IMG/VR virus record: IMGVR_UViG_3300012663_000707
Span: 70,897 to 119,043 of that record
DNA from: a virus
Taxonomy: Duplodnaviria > Heunggongvirae > Uroviricota > Caudoviricetes
Length of the DNA stretch: 48,147 bases
Strand: one strand, 5' to 3'
Positions 28,813 through 36,943 of this stretch are shown here, one piece after another. The notes under the pieces were generated by a model that ran no database searches, had not been told where the DNA came from, and worked only from the letters and a program-made list of their open reading frames with translations. A program made the position numbers and the translations under genes. Each line of letters starts with the position of its first letter. The stretch's first letter is position 1.

Positions 28813-28886
28813 GTTACAGTGTAAATATAATAAAAAAGATTGACATAAAAAAATTTATTTGCAATTATTTGCCAAAAGTTATTAAC
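28813..28886 (-). promoter_or_regulatory. Repeated early-type (host sigma) promoter, copy 1
   Basis: GTTAATAAC...TGTCAATCTTTTTTATTATATTTACACTGTAAC. TAnnTTT(G/A) -7-like element. Confidence 0.75.
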
Positions 28887-28913
28887 AAAAAAAGAGTCCC
28901 GAAGGACTCTTTT
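28887..28913 (-). terminator. Intrinsic terminator closing the ncRNA locus
   Basis: AAAAGAGTCC-TTCG-GGACTCTTTT followed by a U-run. cUUCGg tetraloop. Confidence 0.9.
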
Positions 28914-28920
28914 AATATTA

Positions 28921-29181
28921 CAGGATCGTGGTTCGTGATTTTCTTCCCGGCGGAATAACCCTCTTTAGCGTCTTCGGCTTATTGCTTTCACGAGGACGTA
29001 CTCAACTTCGGCCCATCTTACTTGTCTACCTATTTGGGGTGGTATGACGTGTGACCCATTTTCCAGTGTTAGTCTTCACCTTGCCTGCAGCTTCAATGTT
29101 TAAAGTAGCGAACTAGTTTAAACTCCACTGTTGTTCAGACTTCTGTCTAGATGTAGTGTTACTTTTTGCAGCACCGATCCT
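28921..29181 (-). ncRNA. Candidate structured ncRNA, unit 2 (~260 nt; Y-RNA-like, DUF2828-associated)
   Basis: 5' AGGATCG pairs with 3' CGATCCT. GTGCTGCAAA follows the 5' stem and TGTAA follows the 3' stem. Internal hairpins. ~46% GC by hand count. No credible ORF. Confidence 0.6.
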
Positions 29182-29184
29182 TTA

Positions 29185-29244
29185 CGGGTTCCGTTTCCTT
29201 TTGCTTAATTGTAGTTGCTAGTGTATAGTTTGCTGTAAGGAACC
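29185..29244 (-). ncRNA. Candidate ncRNA, unit 1 (~60 nt; Y-RNA-like)
   Basis: GGTTCC-TTACAGCAAA-[A/C-rich loop]-GGAACC-CGTAA, starting about 10 nt after a GATATATA promoter. Confidence 0.6.
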
Positions 29245-29254
29245 ATATGTTGTT

Positions 29255-29262
29255 TATATATC
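29255..29262 (-). promoter_or_regulatory. Late-type promoter GATATATA driving the ncRNA locus
   Basis: Same octamer precedes many late genes in the window. Confidence 0.65.
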
Positions 29263-29283
29263 CAGCTTAAACTTTGTTTCAGT

Positions 29284-30717
29284 TTAAGCTGTAATTTTAG
29301 TGTAACGATCAGACATAATAGTCTTATCCATGATTTGTTGCGGAGATTGAATATCACCACCAAGTAAACTTGTCATGATTGCTGGTGAAAATCCAGATAC
29401 CAATGCAGTTCCTGCTTTATCGAATGCTACTGGTACACCACCATTTCTGGATTGGATGTTCCAATAAACAATCTGAGGTATTGTGTAACCTGCAGCATCG
29501 TACATTCTCTCAATCATTTGCTGAGCAGTAGGATTCCAAGTAGATCCTGTATTCCCCCAACCACTTGCTCTAGTTGCCGAATTAAATTCCATATCTGATA
29601 AGATAAGAATCTTGTTTGGCATCTCATCTTGAGACAAATTATGACGAGTGGCCTGATCTAAGATCAATTTAAAAGTTGCCTCAAGATTCGTAGACATTCC
29701 CCAATCGGAACGTGACATCTGTGTGTAGCGATCTTTTAATGAGCCACTTAATACTTGTAACTGTGGATTGTCCGAGAATGTGATGAATGCATCTTTGAAA
29801 GGACCTTCATTTCTTTCAGAAATATAAAGACCTAATGAGATTGCAACATCCATGCAAGTTACGGTTTTGCTACCTCCGGCTGGAGTTGACATAGAACCTG
29901 ATACATCCACAACTGGTAAAATCATATCGTTTGCACCTTCCATGTAATTCGGAAGAGCTTTCCATTGTTCGTTTGCAACAGTTGAGTTACCACGGTACAA
30001 CGACTTAGTAATATCATAAGGGTAAACTGCACCTGCATTGATTTTAGCTTCACCTTTCACTAAAGATTGGATATAAGCCGAATAACTTTCGTATGCGTTT
30101 TTACCAAATGCTTTTTGGTATCTTGCTGAAGCTACAGATGGTAACTTACCGAATTCGATAGTGTCCCATTCTTTAGCACACATTTTAGTTTCAACTACAT
30201 TGGTTAAACCAACTAGAGATTTACGGTATTGCTTTGGAGTCATACCCATAAAGTTACGTAACTTTACAGCTGCTGCACCTTTACGAGGCATCCATTTAGC
30301 ACACAATCCATTTTCTGCGATTAACGCATCAGAGATTAATGTCATCGCATCTTTTTCAAGACGAGTACCGATCAATTCTAATAGATCATCCCAACGACCA
30401 AACTCAGAAACGAATTCTAAATTTGCTTTAAGTGTCAAGTCATGTTCTTCAGCTAAATACTTGATGATGTCACGGAATACTTGACGTTCTCCAGCTCCAC
30501 CACGAACATCACGAGCCCAAAACAAAAGCTTCATTGCACGTTTCGGATCTTCATTAAATGCTTTTGAAAAGGTTGCGATCAAACGTTGTTTGTCTTGTCC
30601 TCTCATTGCGCCAATGTTAAAAAATAGATCTACACAAGCATTCAACGAAGTTGAGTTTGTTGCCATACCATTTTCTGTTACTTGGTCTTCTTGTCTTAAA
30701 GCGTCTACGAATTTCAT
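29284..30717 (-). CDS. DUF2828-family protein (Ro60/TROVE-like helical domain + vWA)
   Basis: TENG, WARDVRGGAGER, FGRWDDL, AKWMPR, INAGAVYPYDI, QWKALP, vWA MIDAS DVSGS, SDMEF, YWNI, VSGFSP. Confidence 0.88.
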   Translation of the reverse strand: MKFVDALRQEDQVTENGMATNSTSLNACVDLFFNIGAMRGQDKQRLIATFSKAFNEDPKRAMKLLFWARDVRGGAGERQVFRDIIKYLAEEHDLTLKANLEFVSEFGRWDDLLELIGTRLEKDAMTLISDALIAENGLCAKWMPRKGAAAVKLRNFMGMTPKQYRKSLVGLTNVVETKMCAKEWDTIEFGKLPSVASARYQKAFGKNAYESYSAYIQSLVKGEAKINAGAVYPYDITKSLYRGNSTVANEQWKALPNYMEGANDMILPVVDVSGSMSTPAGGSKTVTCMDVAISLGLYISERNEGPFKDAFITFSDNPQLQVLSGSLKDRYTQMSRSDWGMSTNLEATFKLILDQATRHNLSQDEMPNKILILSDMEFNSATRASGWGNTGSTWNPTAQQMIERMYDAAGYTIPQIVYWNIQSRNGGVPVAFDKAGTALVSGFSPAIMTSLLGGDIQSPQQIMDKTIMSDRYTKITA

Positions 30718-30770
30718 TATTTTTAAGTTTGTTTAAGTAATATGCGTTGTGTTATTGTTTGTTTCAAAAA

Positions 30771-31382
30771 TTATTGCCAGTTTAAAAATTTAGAGTAATC
30801 TCGTTCTTTAATTACTTCGATCCACAGATTTTCATACTTGCGTTCCTTCGGTTTTAAAATATGTCTAGGTTGTTCTCTAAATAATCTAGGGATCTGATCA
30901 GGATCATATGTTCTACCTTGTTTAATCGAAAGCAAATGAAGATACAACTCTCTTGTTGTCCCATCAAATGTTTCCATGATTGTTTTAACTTCATCCGAAT
31001 CCATCTCAAATTCTTTAGCCAATTCAGTTTTTAACTGGTGCAACAGATTTGCTTCGGTTTCTAAATGAGTCTTCATAATCGAGTTCTTACGCTTATTCGT
31101 AAGCTTACGGATATAAATGGTTTGGTCTTCTAGACTTTCGTCAGTTAACCATGGTTTCTCAATCTTAAGTTGATTAATCTTATGTTCAAAGATTTTGTCT
31201 TCAAGATACCATTCACGACCTAAGTGATTAAATTCAAACTCGCCGAACTCAATGCGTTGTAGCAACTCCGGAGCACCTTTATATAAAGCTTGCTTTGGTA
31301 ATTTAACAACACCATGAAATCTGCGCCACCATGTAAATGTCTTCATACTTCTACTTTTCGTAACCGATGCTAAGTCCAACAT
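30771..31382 (-). CDS. Hypothetical protein, ~200 aa
   Basis: Long ORF between the RNA ligase and DUF2828 genes. Confidence 0.65.
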   Translation of the reverse strand: MLDLASVTKSRSMKTFTWWRRFHGVVKLPKQALYKGAPELLQRIEFGEFEFNHLGREWYLEDKIFEHKINQLKIEKPWLTDESLEDQTIYIRKLTNKRKNSIMKTHLETEANLLHQLKTELAKEFEMDSDEVKTIMETFDGTTRELYLHLLSIKQGRTYDPDQIPRLFREQPRHILKPKERKYENLWIEVIKERDYSKFLNWQ

Positions 31383-31400
31383 TTAGCCAGATAAAAATAA

Positions 31401-31437
31401 GTTCATATGACCCATTTAACCATGGGTCATATGTAAC
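31401..31437 (-). terminator. Hairpin/terminator downstream of the RNA ligase
   Basis: CATATGACCCAT/ATGGGTCATATG 12-bp stem followed by TTATTTTT on the minus strand. Confidence 0.75.
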
Positions 31438-31501
31438 TTTTACTGTAGGCCATATATACAGTTGACATGAAACTTTAAAAAAATCGAATTTCATAAGTGT
31501 T

Positions 31502-32605
31502 TTATACTAAATTACTAAAAGGTTTACTATATTCTGGTTTTACTAAATTCCAAACACGTTCGGAAACGTTCTTACCGTTTGCAATTCCAAAGATGATACC
31601 ATGGTTTACATCAGTCAATGCCAATACTCTTTCTGCAAACTCCTTTTGAGTTAACATTCCATCTCGCATGATTGATGAACAAGTTGCAATATGCAGCATC
31701 ATCGTATCTTTGAAGTCCTTTTTAATTTTAGTTTGAGTAGCATGTACCCAATCGTAAAATTCATCAGGTACATCTTTCAACATCTCTTCCGGTAATTTAC
31801 CGAACTTCATTAAGTTCTCCCAAATATCATAAGATGAACAGTTCGTTAACACTCGGTGCAATGCAACATAGTCTTCGAACTTGATTTTGACTCTTAAGTT
31901 AGAAGGAAAGAAACGCAAGACGTAACCTTCTTCATTGGCTTTATTCAAAGCTTTCAAAGTTGAATATAATTCAGGACCCAAATCAAAGACTTGAGTAGTC
32001 TTAACGATGTCTGATTTTTTAATACCTCTTCCTTTTAAAACAGCCATCGCTGTAGTCCAATGTAACTCATCGTTTCCAGGTTCCCAATTGTAAGTTCGGT
32101 TTAAGACCACTCCTAAGAATGTAATCTTCTCCTTTTTGTAATTAACCACAATTCTATTTTCCGGATATATGATCTCTACGATGTAAGCAAATGAAGGATC
32201 GAAAGCTGGCAAAGTATATTTAGCCTTTAAGATCTCTAAACCTCGGATAGCTTGATCAGATGTGAAAGATCCTCGTGTTGATAAAATCCATTCACCTTCA
32301 TAATTAAACAAGATACCTAAGGATCCATCCATTTTCTCTTGAACGTAAACGTAGTCAGAAGTCAACCATGGAATATCATTAGTTGGTAATTCTTCGTAGT
32401 TAAAGAATTTTGGAAATGGCTTAATGATAACCTTACCAGTTTCGTCGTCAGTGATGACACCTCGACAAGCCAAAGTTATCTCATCCCAATGCTTCTCATA
32501 TTGAGTAGATTGAGAATAATTGTAGATTGATAATGGCAAAGTAGGATGTGACTGACGAATCAACCAACCTTCTTCTACATACTTATCTAATATTGCTTTG
32601 TTCAT
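31502..32605 (-). CDS. rnlA: RNA ligase, T4 Rnl1 family (true start MNKAILD at 32605)
   Basis: IYNY, CRG, KPFPKFFN, motif I EKMDGSLG, TRGSF, EIIYP, EEGYV, KIKFEDY. Confidence 0.9.
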   Translation of the reverse strand: MNKAILDKYVEEGWLIRQSHPTLPLSIYNYSQSTQYEKHWDEITLACRGVITDDETGKVIIKPFPKFFNYEELPTNDIPWLTSDYVYVQEKMDGSLGILFNYEGEWILSTRGSFTSDQAIRGLEILKAKYTLPAFDPSFAYIVEIIYPENRIVVNYKKEKITFLGVVLNRTYNWEPGNDELHWTTAMAVLKGRGIKKSDIVKTTQVFDLGPELYSTLKALNKANEEGYVLRFFPSNLRVKIKFEDYVALHRVLTNCSSYDIWENLMKFGKLPEEMLKDVPDEFYDWVHATQTKIKKDFKDTMMLHIATCSSIMRDGMLTQKEFAERVLALTDVNHGIIFGIANGKNVSERVWNLVKPEYSKPFSNLV

Positions 32606-32614
32606 TTTGTTTTT

Positions 32615-32689
32615 GTTACAGTGCAAATATAATAAAAAAGCCTGACATAAAAAAATATCAGGCCAATTATTTTGCAAAAAGTTATTAAC
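32615..32689 (-). promoter_or_regulatory. Early-type promoter, copy 2 (perfect TATATTTG -7 element) with embedded hairpin + U-run
   Basis: GTTAATAAC...GCCTGA-N12-TCAGGC-TTTTTTATTATATTTGCACTGTAAC. Confidence 0.78.
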
Positions 32690-32705
32690 AATAACTAAGG
32701 TTTGA

Positions 32706-33095
32706 TTATCTAGATACCTTAGCTCTAGTACCTTGTATCTGTGTAAATGGTAGATTAGAACCTTTAACTTCGATAGTACCGTATGCAAATGAGATGTGGT
32801 GTGGTTGCGCTCCAACTTTACTTTTTACAGCAGCAACATAAGCTGCAGCAGCTTCGTCTTCAGTATCGTAGATCGATAATATTTCTATTTCGAAAGAAGC
32901 CAATTGTGTATTCATACTGCTTTTAAGATACATTGTAGTACCTTCAAAATCTATAGCGTTATCTGAGACAACAGCATATTTAGTTTCACCTTTTGCTGGA
33001 GTTCCAGCAACATCGACTTGATACTTACTAAAGTAATAGTAACCTCCGTCAACCGACTCGTTAATGAGTTCTCCGAATAATTTTACGTGTTTCAT
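32706..33095 (-). CDS. Hypothetical protein with MKHVKLFGELINE motif
   Basis: Shared N-terminal motif. Confidence 0.65.
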   Translation of the reverse strand: MKHVKLFGELINESVDGGYYYFSKYQVDVAGTPAKGETKYAVVSDNAIDFEGTTMYLKSSMNTQLASFEIEILSIYDTEDEAAAAYVAAVKSKVGAQPHHISFAYGTIEVKGSNLPFTQIQGTRAKVSR

Positions 33096-33213
33096 CTTTT
33101 ATATTTTTTTTTAAACATAATAATTTATTTTATTTATCCTTTTTTATTTCTCTAATTTGATAGATATTTTGTGAGGGTCCAGCATAAGCTGGAAATAAAA
33201 ATAATTTGTTAAG

Positions 33214-33366
33214 ATGGCAAAGGCAAAAATCAGTACAGGCGGCCCAACTTTTCATGCTAAACCTAAAAGAAAACGTCCAGGTGTTCATTCTAAAAAGAAG
33301 AATTCTGTGCACAAAGTAGGCAAGCATTATAACAAAGCTAATCGCGGCCAAGGTACTGGCAGATGA
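33214..33366 (+). CDS. Small basic protein, 50 aa (MAKAKISTGGPTFHAKPKRKRPGVHSKKKNSVHKVGKHYNKANRGQGTGR)
   Basis: Manual translation. A-rich leader, possible GATAGATA promoter variant near 33157, K/R-rich, RGQG C-terminus like small basic phage proteins. Only credible + strand gene. Confidence 0.7.
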   Translation: MAKAKISTGGPTFHAKPKRKRPGVHSKKKNSVHKVGKHYNKANRGQGTGR

Positions 33367-33402
33367 ACTCAGGAGACTAGAAGGGTTGTGGAAACCCAAC
33401 CC

Positions 33403-34065
33403 TTATTTTTCTTTCCATATAAAACCACGTTGCCATTCATCTGAATTTAATCTAGAGTCATTAGGATTATTTGTATGTGATCTTTTCCCTGATTTATTAA
33501 TTATCCAAATTCTAGAAGACGCATAGTTACTATAATTTTTCTTATGGTCATCTGTCCGTACCTTACCAGTGTTTGATTTCGAAATATTATTTGCCCATTC
33601 TTGTTTTTCTAAATCCGACATTTTATAATATGAAGGTTTGTCGTACATCGGGTTGTTTTCACCAGAAAGAGATTTAGACATTTTTTGTTTATGTTCTTCA
33701 GAGAGAGGCCCTGTTTTCTTTCCCTTGTTCCATGGAATATTCCCTTTTTTTGAATTAGACATTTTATCTCTAAGTTCTTTAGTCCATATTTTACCACCGG
33801 AACCTCCGATTTCCATATTATACGTATCTTTACGATCTACAAAAGATTCGTTTACTAAACATCTTTCCTTAGATAGCATATCTTCTATATTATCAAAAAC
33901 GTACAAAATATCTTTAGTAAAATTGGCCAATCCATATTTTTTAATAGCCTTTTTTATTAAAACACCGGAGCCCATATAACAATCATCTATGTTTTCGGTC
34001 CTGTGTGAACCAATATAGATCTTATGATTGACCTTATTTGTAATTTTGTATACTAAATAATACAT
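33403..34065 (-). mobile_element. Free-standing GIY-YIG homing endonuclease (Seg-like) with NUMOD3 repeats
   Basis: VYKITN..IYIGSH...YMGSG...YN. NUMOD3-like [27 protein letters not shown]. Very AT-rich. Confidence 0.88.
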
Positions 34066-34107
34066 TCATATCGCTTTATTGTATATATGAATATTTACTA
34101 ATAATTT

Positions 34108-34563
34108 TTAAAAAGAACCATAGTTTACTTGGAAACAGGCGACTCCGTTCTCTCTCCACATTTTAACTACTTTATCTCGGTCATCGTAAACGCACATGAT
34201 CTCGTTGCCCGCTGAAATTTCAACATCCAACCAAAACTTTTTAAGTTTATCATCCGGCGTAAAGTCACCATGTGGTCGCATTCGTAAAAAGTCAAATTCA
34301 ACACCATACTTAGATAACCATGATTCAGTTTCTTTTTTAGAAATAACATCTCTACCTGAAAAGATACCAACTCGGAATCCAGTTTGTTTTAATGCTTGAA
34401 ACGTTTTGATCACAGCTACAATAGGTTCATCAAGTTCAATGTTCTCTGGAGCAAAAAAGATCTTCCAGTTAATCTTACCGTCAGCTTTAGTAGCTTTAGT
34501 TCTACGTTTATCAATGTTCGCTAGAGTTCCATCTAGATCGAAGATTATTGTTGGTTTTGCCAT
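34108..34563 (-). CDS. HAD-family polynucleotide 3'-phosphatase (T4 PNKP C-terminal domain homolog)
   Basis: FDLDGTLA, SGRD, MRP..D..PDD..KK, YDDR..VV.MWR..G. Confidence 0.85.
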   Translation of the reverse strand: MAKPTIIFDLDGTLANIDKRRTKATKADGKINWKIFFAPENIELDEPIVAVIKTFQALKQTGFRVGIFSGRDVISKKETESWLSKYGVEFDFLRMRPHGDFTPDDKLKKFWLDVEISAGNEIMCVYDDRDKVVKMWRENGVACFQVNYGSF

Positions 34564-34566
34564 GTC

Positions 34567-34980
34567 TTATAATTTAATTTCGAAACGATCTCTCATTCTA
34601 GTCAATGCTTCATCCGGGACTCCGTGTTCATTTACACCACCATGTCTATTTTCAACAATTAGAGTAGTAACTCGGTAGTCCCAATGATCTGCCATCTTAA
34701 AGTAAGATTCCATTTCCCATTCTTGTGTAAATGTATTTGATACGATGATTGTGCTATTATGTCCAGTTGTATGGTTTAGCAACATTGCATGTTCAACGCT
34801 ATTTTGACACCATTGGTGAGCATCCTTTAATTTTGTAGCATCGAATTGATATTCTCCATCTTTCATAAAGAACATATCGGCTTCAAAATGTGCGTAGCCA
34901 GCCCCACCGGCTCCCAATAATTTAGCGGTTGATGTTTTACCTGATCCAGGTATACCTCGTAATAGTATTAAATTTTTCAT
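34567..34980 (-). CDS. P-loop polynucleotide kinase-like protein (AAA_33)
   Basis: LRGIPGSGKTS, EAD, SNTF, HGVP. Adjacent to the PNKP phosphatase half. Confidence 0.82.
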   Translation of the reverse strand: MKNLILLRGIPGSGKTSTAKLLGAGGAGYAHFEADMFFMKDGEYQFDATKLKDAHQWCQNSVEHAMLLNHTTGHNSTIIVSNTFTQEWEMESYFKMADHWDYRVTTLIVENRHGGVNEHGVPDEALTRMRDRFEIKL

Positions 34981-34992
34981 TGTTGTATTGTT

Positions 34993-35066
34993 GTTATAGT
35001 GTAAATATAATAAAAAAGTCTGAGACTAAAAAATCTCAGACCATTTATTTTGTAAAAGTTATTAAC
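34993..35066 (-). promoter_or_regulatory. Early-type promoter, copy 3, with embedded terminator-like hairpin
   Basis: GTTAATAAC...GTCTGAGA-N8-TCTCAGAC-TTTTTTATTATATTTACACTATAAC. Confidence 0.78.
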
Positions 35067-35352
35067 AAATTTCTGGTTTAGCAAACTTAAGGCCCCACAT
35101 TAAAGATACAAATCCCATTTCGTAAGTTGCAGTTTTAGATGTCATCTTAAGGCTCTTCTTAAGATATGCTTCACCCCAGGTTTTCCATTCGTCATTTTGT
35201 TCTTCAGTCATGGTCCATTCAGTGTACCATGCATCCTTACGTCCTACAATATCATCGTAGGTTACTTGATGTCCGGCAATCTCAAACATTTTATTGATTA
35301 GATCTTTGACTGCAAGCTCGTATTTTTCTTGTCTACTTATGCGCTTTGCCAT
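35062..35352 (-). CDS. Hypothetical protein, 96 aa
   Basis: Operonic ORF. Confidence 0.65.
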   Translation of the reverse strand: MAKRISRQEKYELAVKDLINKMFEIAGHQVTYDDIVGRKDAWYTEWTMTEEQNDEWKTWGEAYLKKSLKMTSKTATYEMGFVSLMWGLKFAKPEIC

Positions 35353-35608
35353 AATTAGGTGATGATCTTAAGATTTTCTTTTTAAGTTTGAAAAGGTCGT
35401 CAATAGAAGCACTGCATCGTTTAAATAGAATTTGATGTCGTTCGTATGTTATCGAATTAGGTACATCAGACTTCCATTTGTTAATGGCAAGATTTGCATA
35501 TTTACGAGCAGCCTCTAATTGATCTATAGTTGTACAAGATTGAATTACTGCAATAACACGGTTGTATATTGTACGTATTTCATTTACTTTAGGATCTAAA
35601 TTAGCCAT
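35333..35608 (-). CDS. Hypothetical protein (likely start MANLDPK)
   Basis: Start trimmed to avoid overlap with the nucleotidase. Confidence 0.55.
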   Translation of the reverse strand: MANLDPKVNEIRTIYNRVIAVIQSCTTIDQLEAARKYANLAINKWKSDVPNSITYERHQILFKRCSASIDDLFKLKKKILRSSPNYGKAHK

Positions 35609-35613
35609 GACTT

Positions 35614-36057
35614 TTATTTTAAGTAAGTTAGAACTTGATTCCATGTTGGAAACATTCGACTTCCAAATAAGATATGTTCACCTTTAAACTCTCCAGCTCC
35701 GTTTTGAGTTCGGTCATCAATTAAATAGCTTCCGATCATCAAACTCTTATTATGGGTTAAGATTAGTCGCTTATGTGCATTTTGACCTAGGTGTTGTTCA
35801 CACCATATACGTTTAGCAGTCCAAGCTTCTAAGTTAGTCCAAGGTGCAGTAGATAGAATATAAACGTCATATTGTTCAGCAAGTTGATTAAATGCTTCTA
35901 ATGCACCTTCCATTGGGTTTGCTGTAAGAAATACTTCAGCATCTGTATCTAGGATTTCACCTAGTTTCGAAAGACCATCATGACCGTATTTTTTAACGAC
36001 TGCAGCTTTGATATTAACCAATACGCCATCCATGTCGATATAAACTATCTGCTTCAT
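35614..36057 (-). CDS. 5'(3')-deoxyribonucleotidase (NT5C-like HAD)
   Basis: IDMDGVL, LSTAPW, KRIW, KRLILTHNK, LIDDR..NGA.EF.GE.I.FG. Confidence 0.88.
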   Translation of the reverse strand: MKQIVYIDMDGVLVNIKAAVVKKYGHDGLSKLGEILDTDAEVFLTANPMEGALEAFNQLAEQYDVYILSTAPWTNLEAWTAKRIWCEQHLGQNAHKRLILTHNKSLMIGSYLIDDRTQNGAGEFKGEHILFGSRMFPTWNQVLTYLK

Positions 36058-36058
36058 A

Positions 36059-36274
36059 TTATTTGTTGTTAACTTTTGTAGTTGATTTGATCATAATACC
36101 AGATAAGATATTAAGACCTAAAGCTTGAAAGAAACCAATTTCGTTAACACCGTTAACTGCTGGTACTAAGCAAGCGTTCCACAATAATTGAGTTGGCCAT
36201 GCTAAAACTATAGCAGCAAAGATTATAACCATAAATGCTGCAATGACCGTTTTGATTTGTTCTGTTCTATCCAT
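36059..36274 (-). CDS. Small two-TM membrane protein, first gene after an early promoter
   Basis: Hydrophobic helices. Confidence 0.65.
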   Translation of the reverse strand: MDRTEQIKTVIAAFMVIIFAAIVLAWPTQLLWNACLVPAVNGVNEIGFFQALGLNILSGIMIKSTTKVNNK

Positions 36275-36288
36275 TTTGTTTGTTTTTT

Positions 36289-36362
36289 GTTACAGTGTAA
36301 ATATAATAAAAAAGATTGACATAAAAAAATTATTTGACAACTATTTGAGCAAAGTTATTAAC
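36289..36362 (-). promoter_or_regulatory. Early-type promoter, copy 4
   Basis: GTTAATAAC...TGTCAATCTTTTTTATTATATTTACACTGTAAC. Confidence 0.78.
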
Positions 36363-36365
36363 AAT

Positions 36366-36599
36366 TTACTCAACAAATTCAAACTTCTTAATCTTAAACT
36401 TTTTCATCCAAATTTTAATGAAAGATTCTCCGACACCAACTTCAACCATTTCATATTTGTGATCAATGATTGGCTTCTTCTTTTTCACATCAATTACCGT
36501 ATCTACGTTTTGTGTGGTGACCATCATGTAATGTACACTAGATCTTACAGATTTTTTGTAAACTACCACTACAGGATTACGTTTAAACTCTTGTTCCAT
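36366..36599 (-). CDS. Hypothetical protein (likely start MEQEFK)
   Basis: TAATG overlap with the upstream gene. Confidence 0.6.
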   Translation of the reverse strand: MEQEFKRNPVVVVYKKSVRSSVHYMMVTTQNVDTVIDVKKKKPIIDHKYEMVEVGVGESFIKIWMKKFKIKKFEFVE

Positions 36600-36943
36600 T
36601 ATTTCCAAAACAATTGCACACATAATAAGGCTACTGATAACCCCAAAGAAATTAAGGTCTTTGTGTTCATGCCTTCATTCATGATAAAATAGGTAAGCAT
36701 CGAAAAGGCTAAGATACCTGTTGCAAATCCGATGAATCTTCCTGGCCAAAGTTGACCGTCATAGTATTCCACTAAGTATTTAGTGGCAGTGATAAACGTA
36801 TAAGAGATTATCGTACCTCCGACTATAGAAACTACCCATGGATTCTTCTTAATTATAGGCCAAACAAATTGACCGTTAGTTTGAAGCCATACCAATGACT
36901 GACCAAACAGGAATAATAAGATCCCTATGAGTAATTGTCTCAA
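36599..36943 (-). CDS. Four-TM membrane protein
   Basis: Four hydrophobic segments in 114 aa. Confidence 0.7.
   Translation of the reverse strand: MRQLLIGILLFLFGQSLVWLQTNGQFVWPIIKKNPWVVSIVGGTIISYTFITATKYLVEYYDGQLWPGRFIGFATGILAFSMLTYFIMNEGMNTKTLISLGLSVALLCVQLFWK

Noticed and set aside
28921-29250. Possible CRISPR array, tRNA gene or short coding region in the DUF2828 downstream gap
   Set aside because: No identical direct repeats, no cloverleaf with a T-loop GTTCRA on the transcribed strand, and the frames checked are broken by stops. Treated as structured ncRNA instead.
32606-32815. 70-aa N-terminal extension of the RNA ligase ORF
   Set aside because: Runs through the early promoter cassette and the upstream gene. 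True start is ATG 32605.
33130-33399. Minus-strand 89-aa ORF in the track
   Set aside because: Lies antisense to the more credible 50-aa basic ORF at 33214-33366 and has shadow-like composition.
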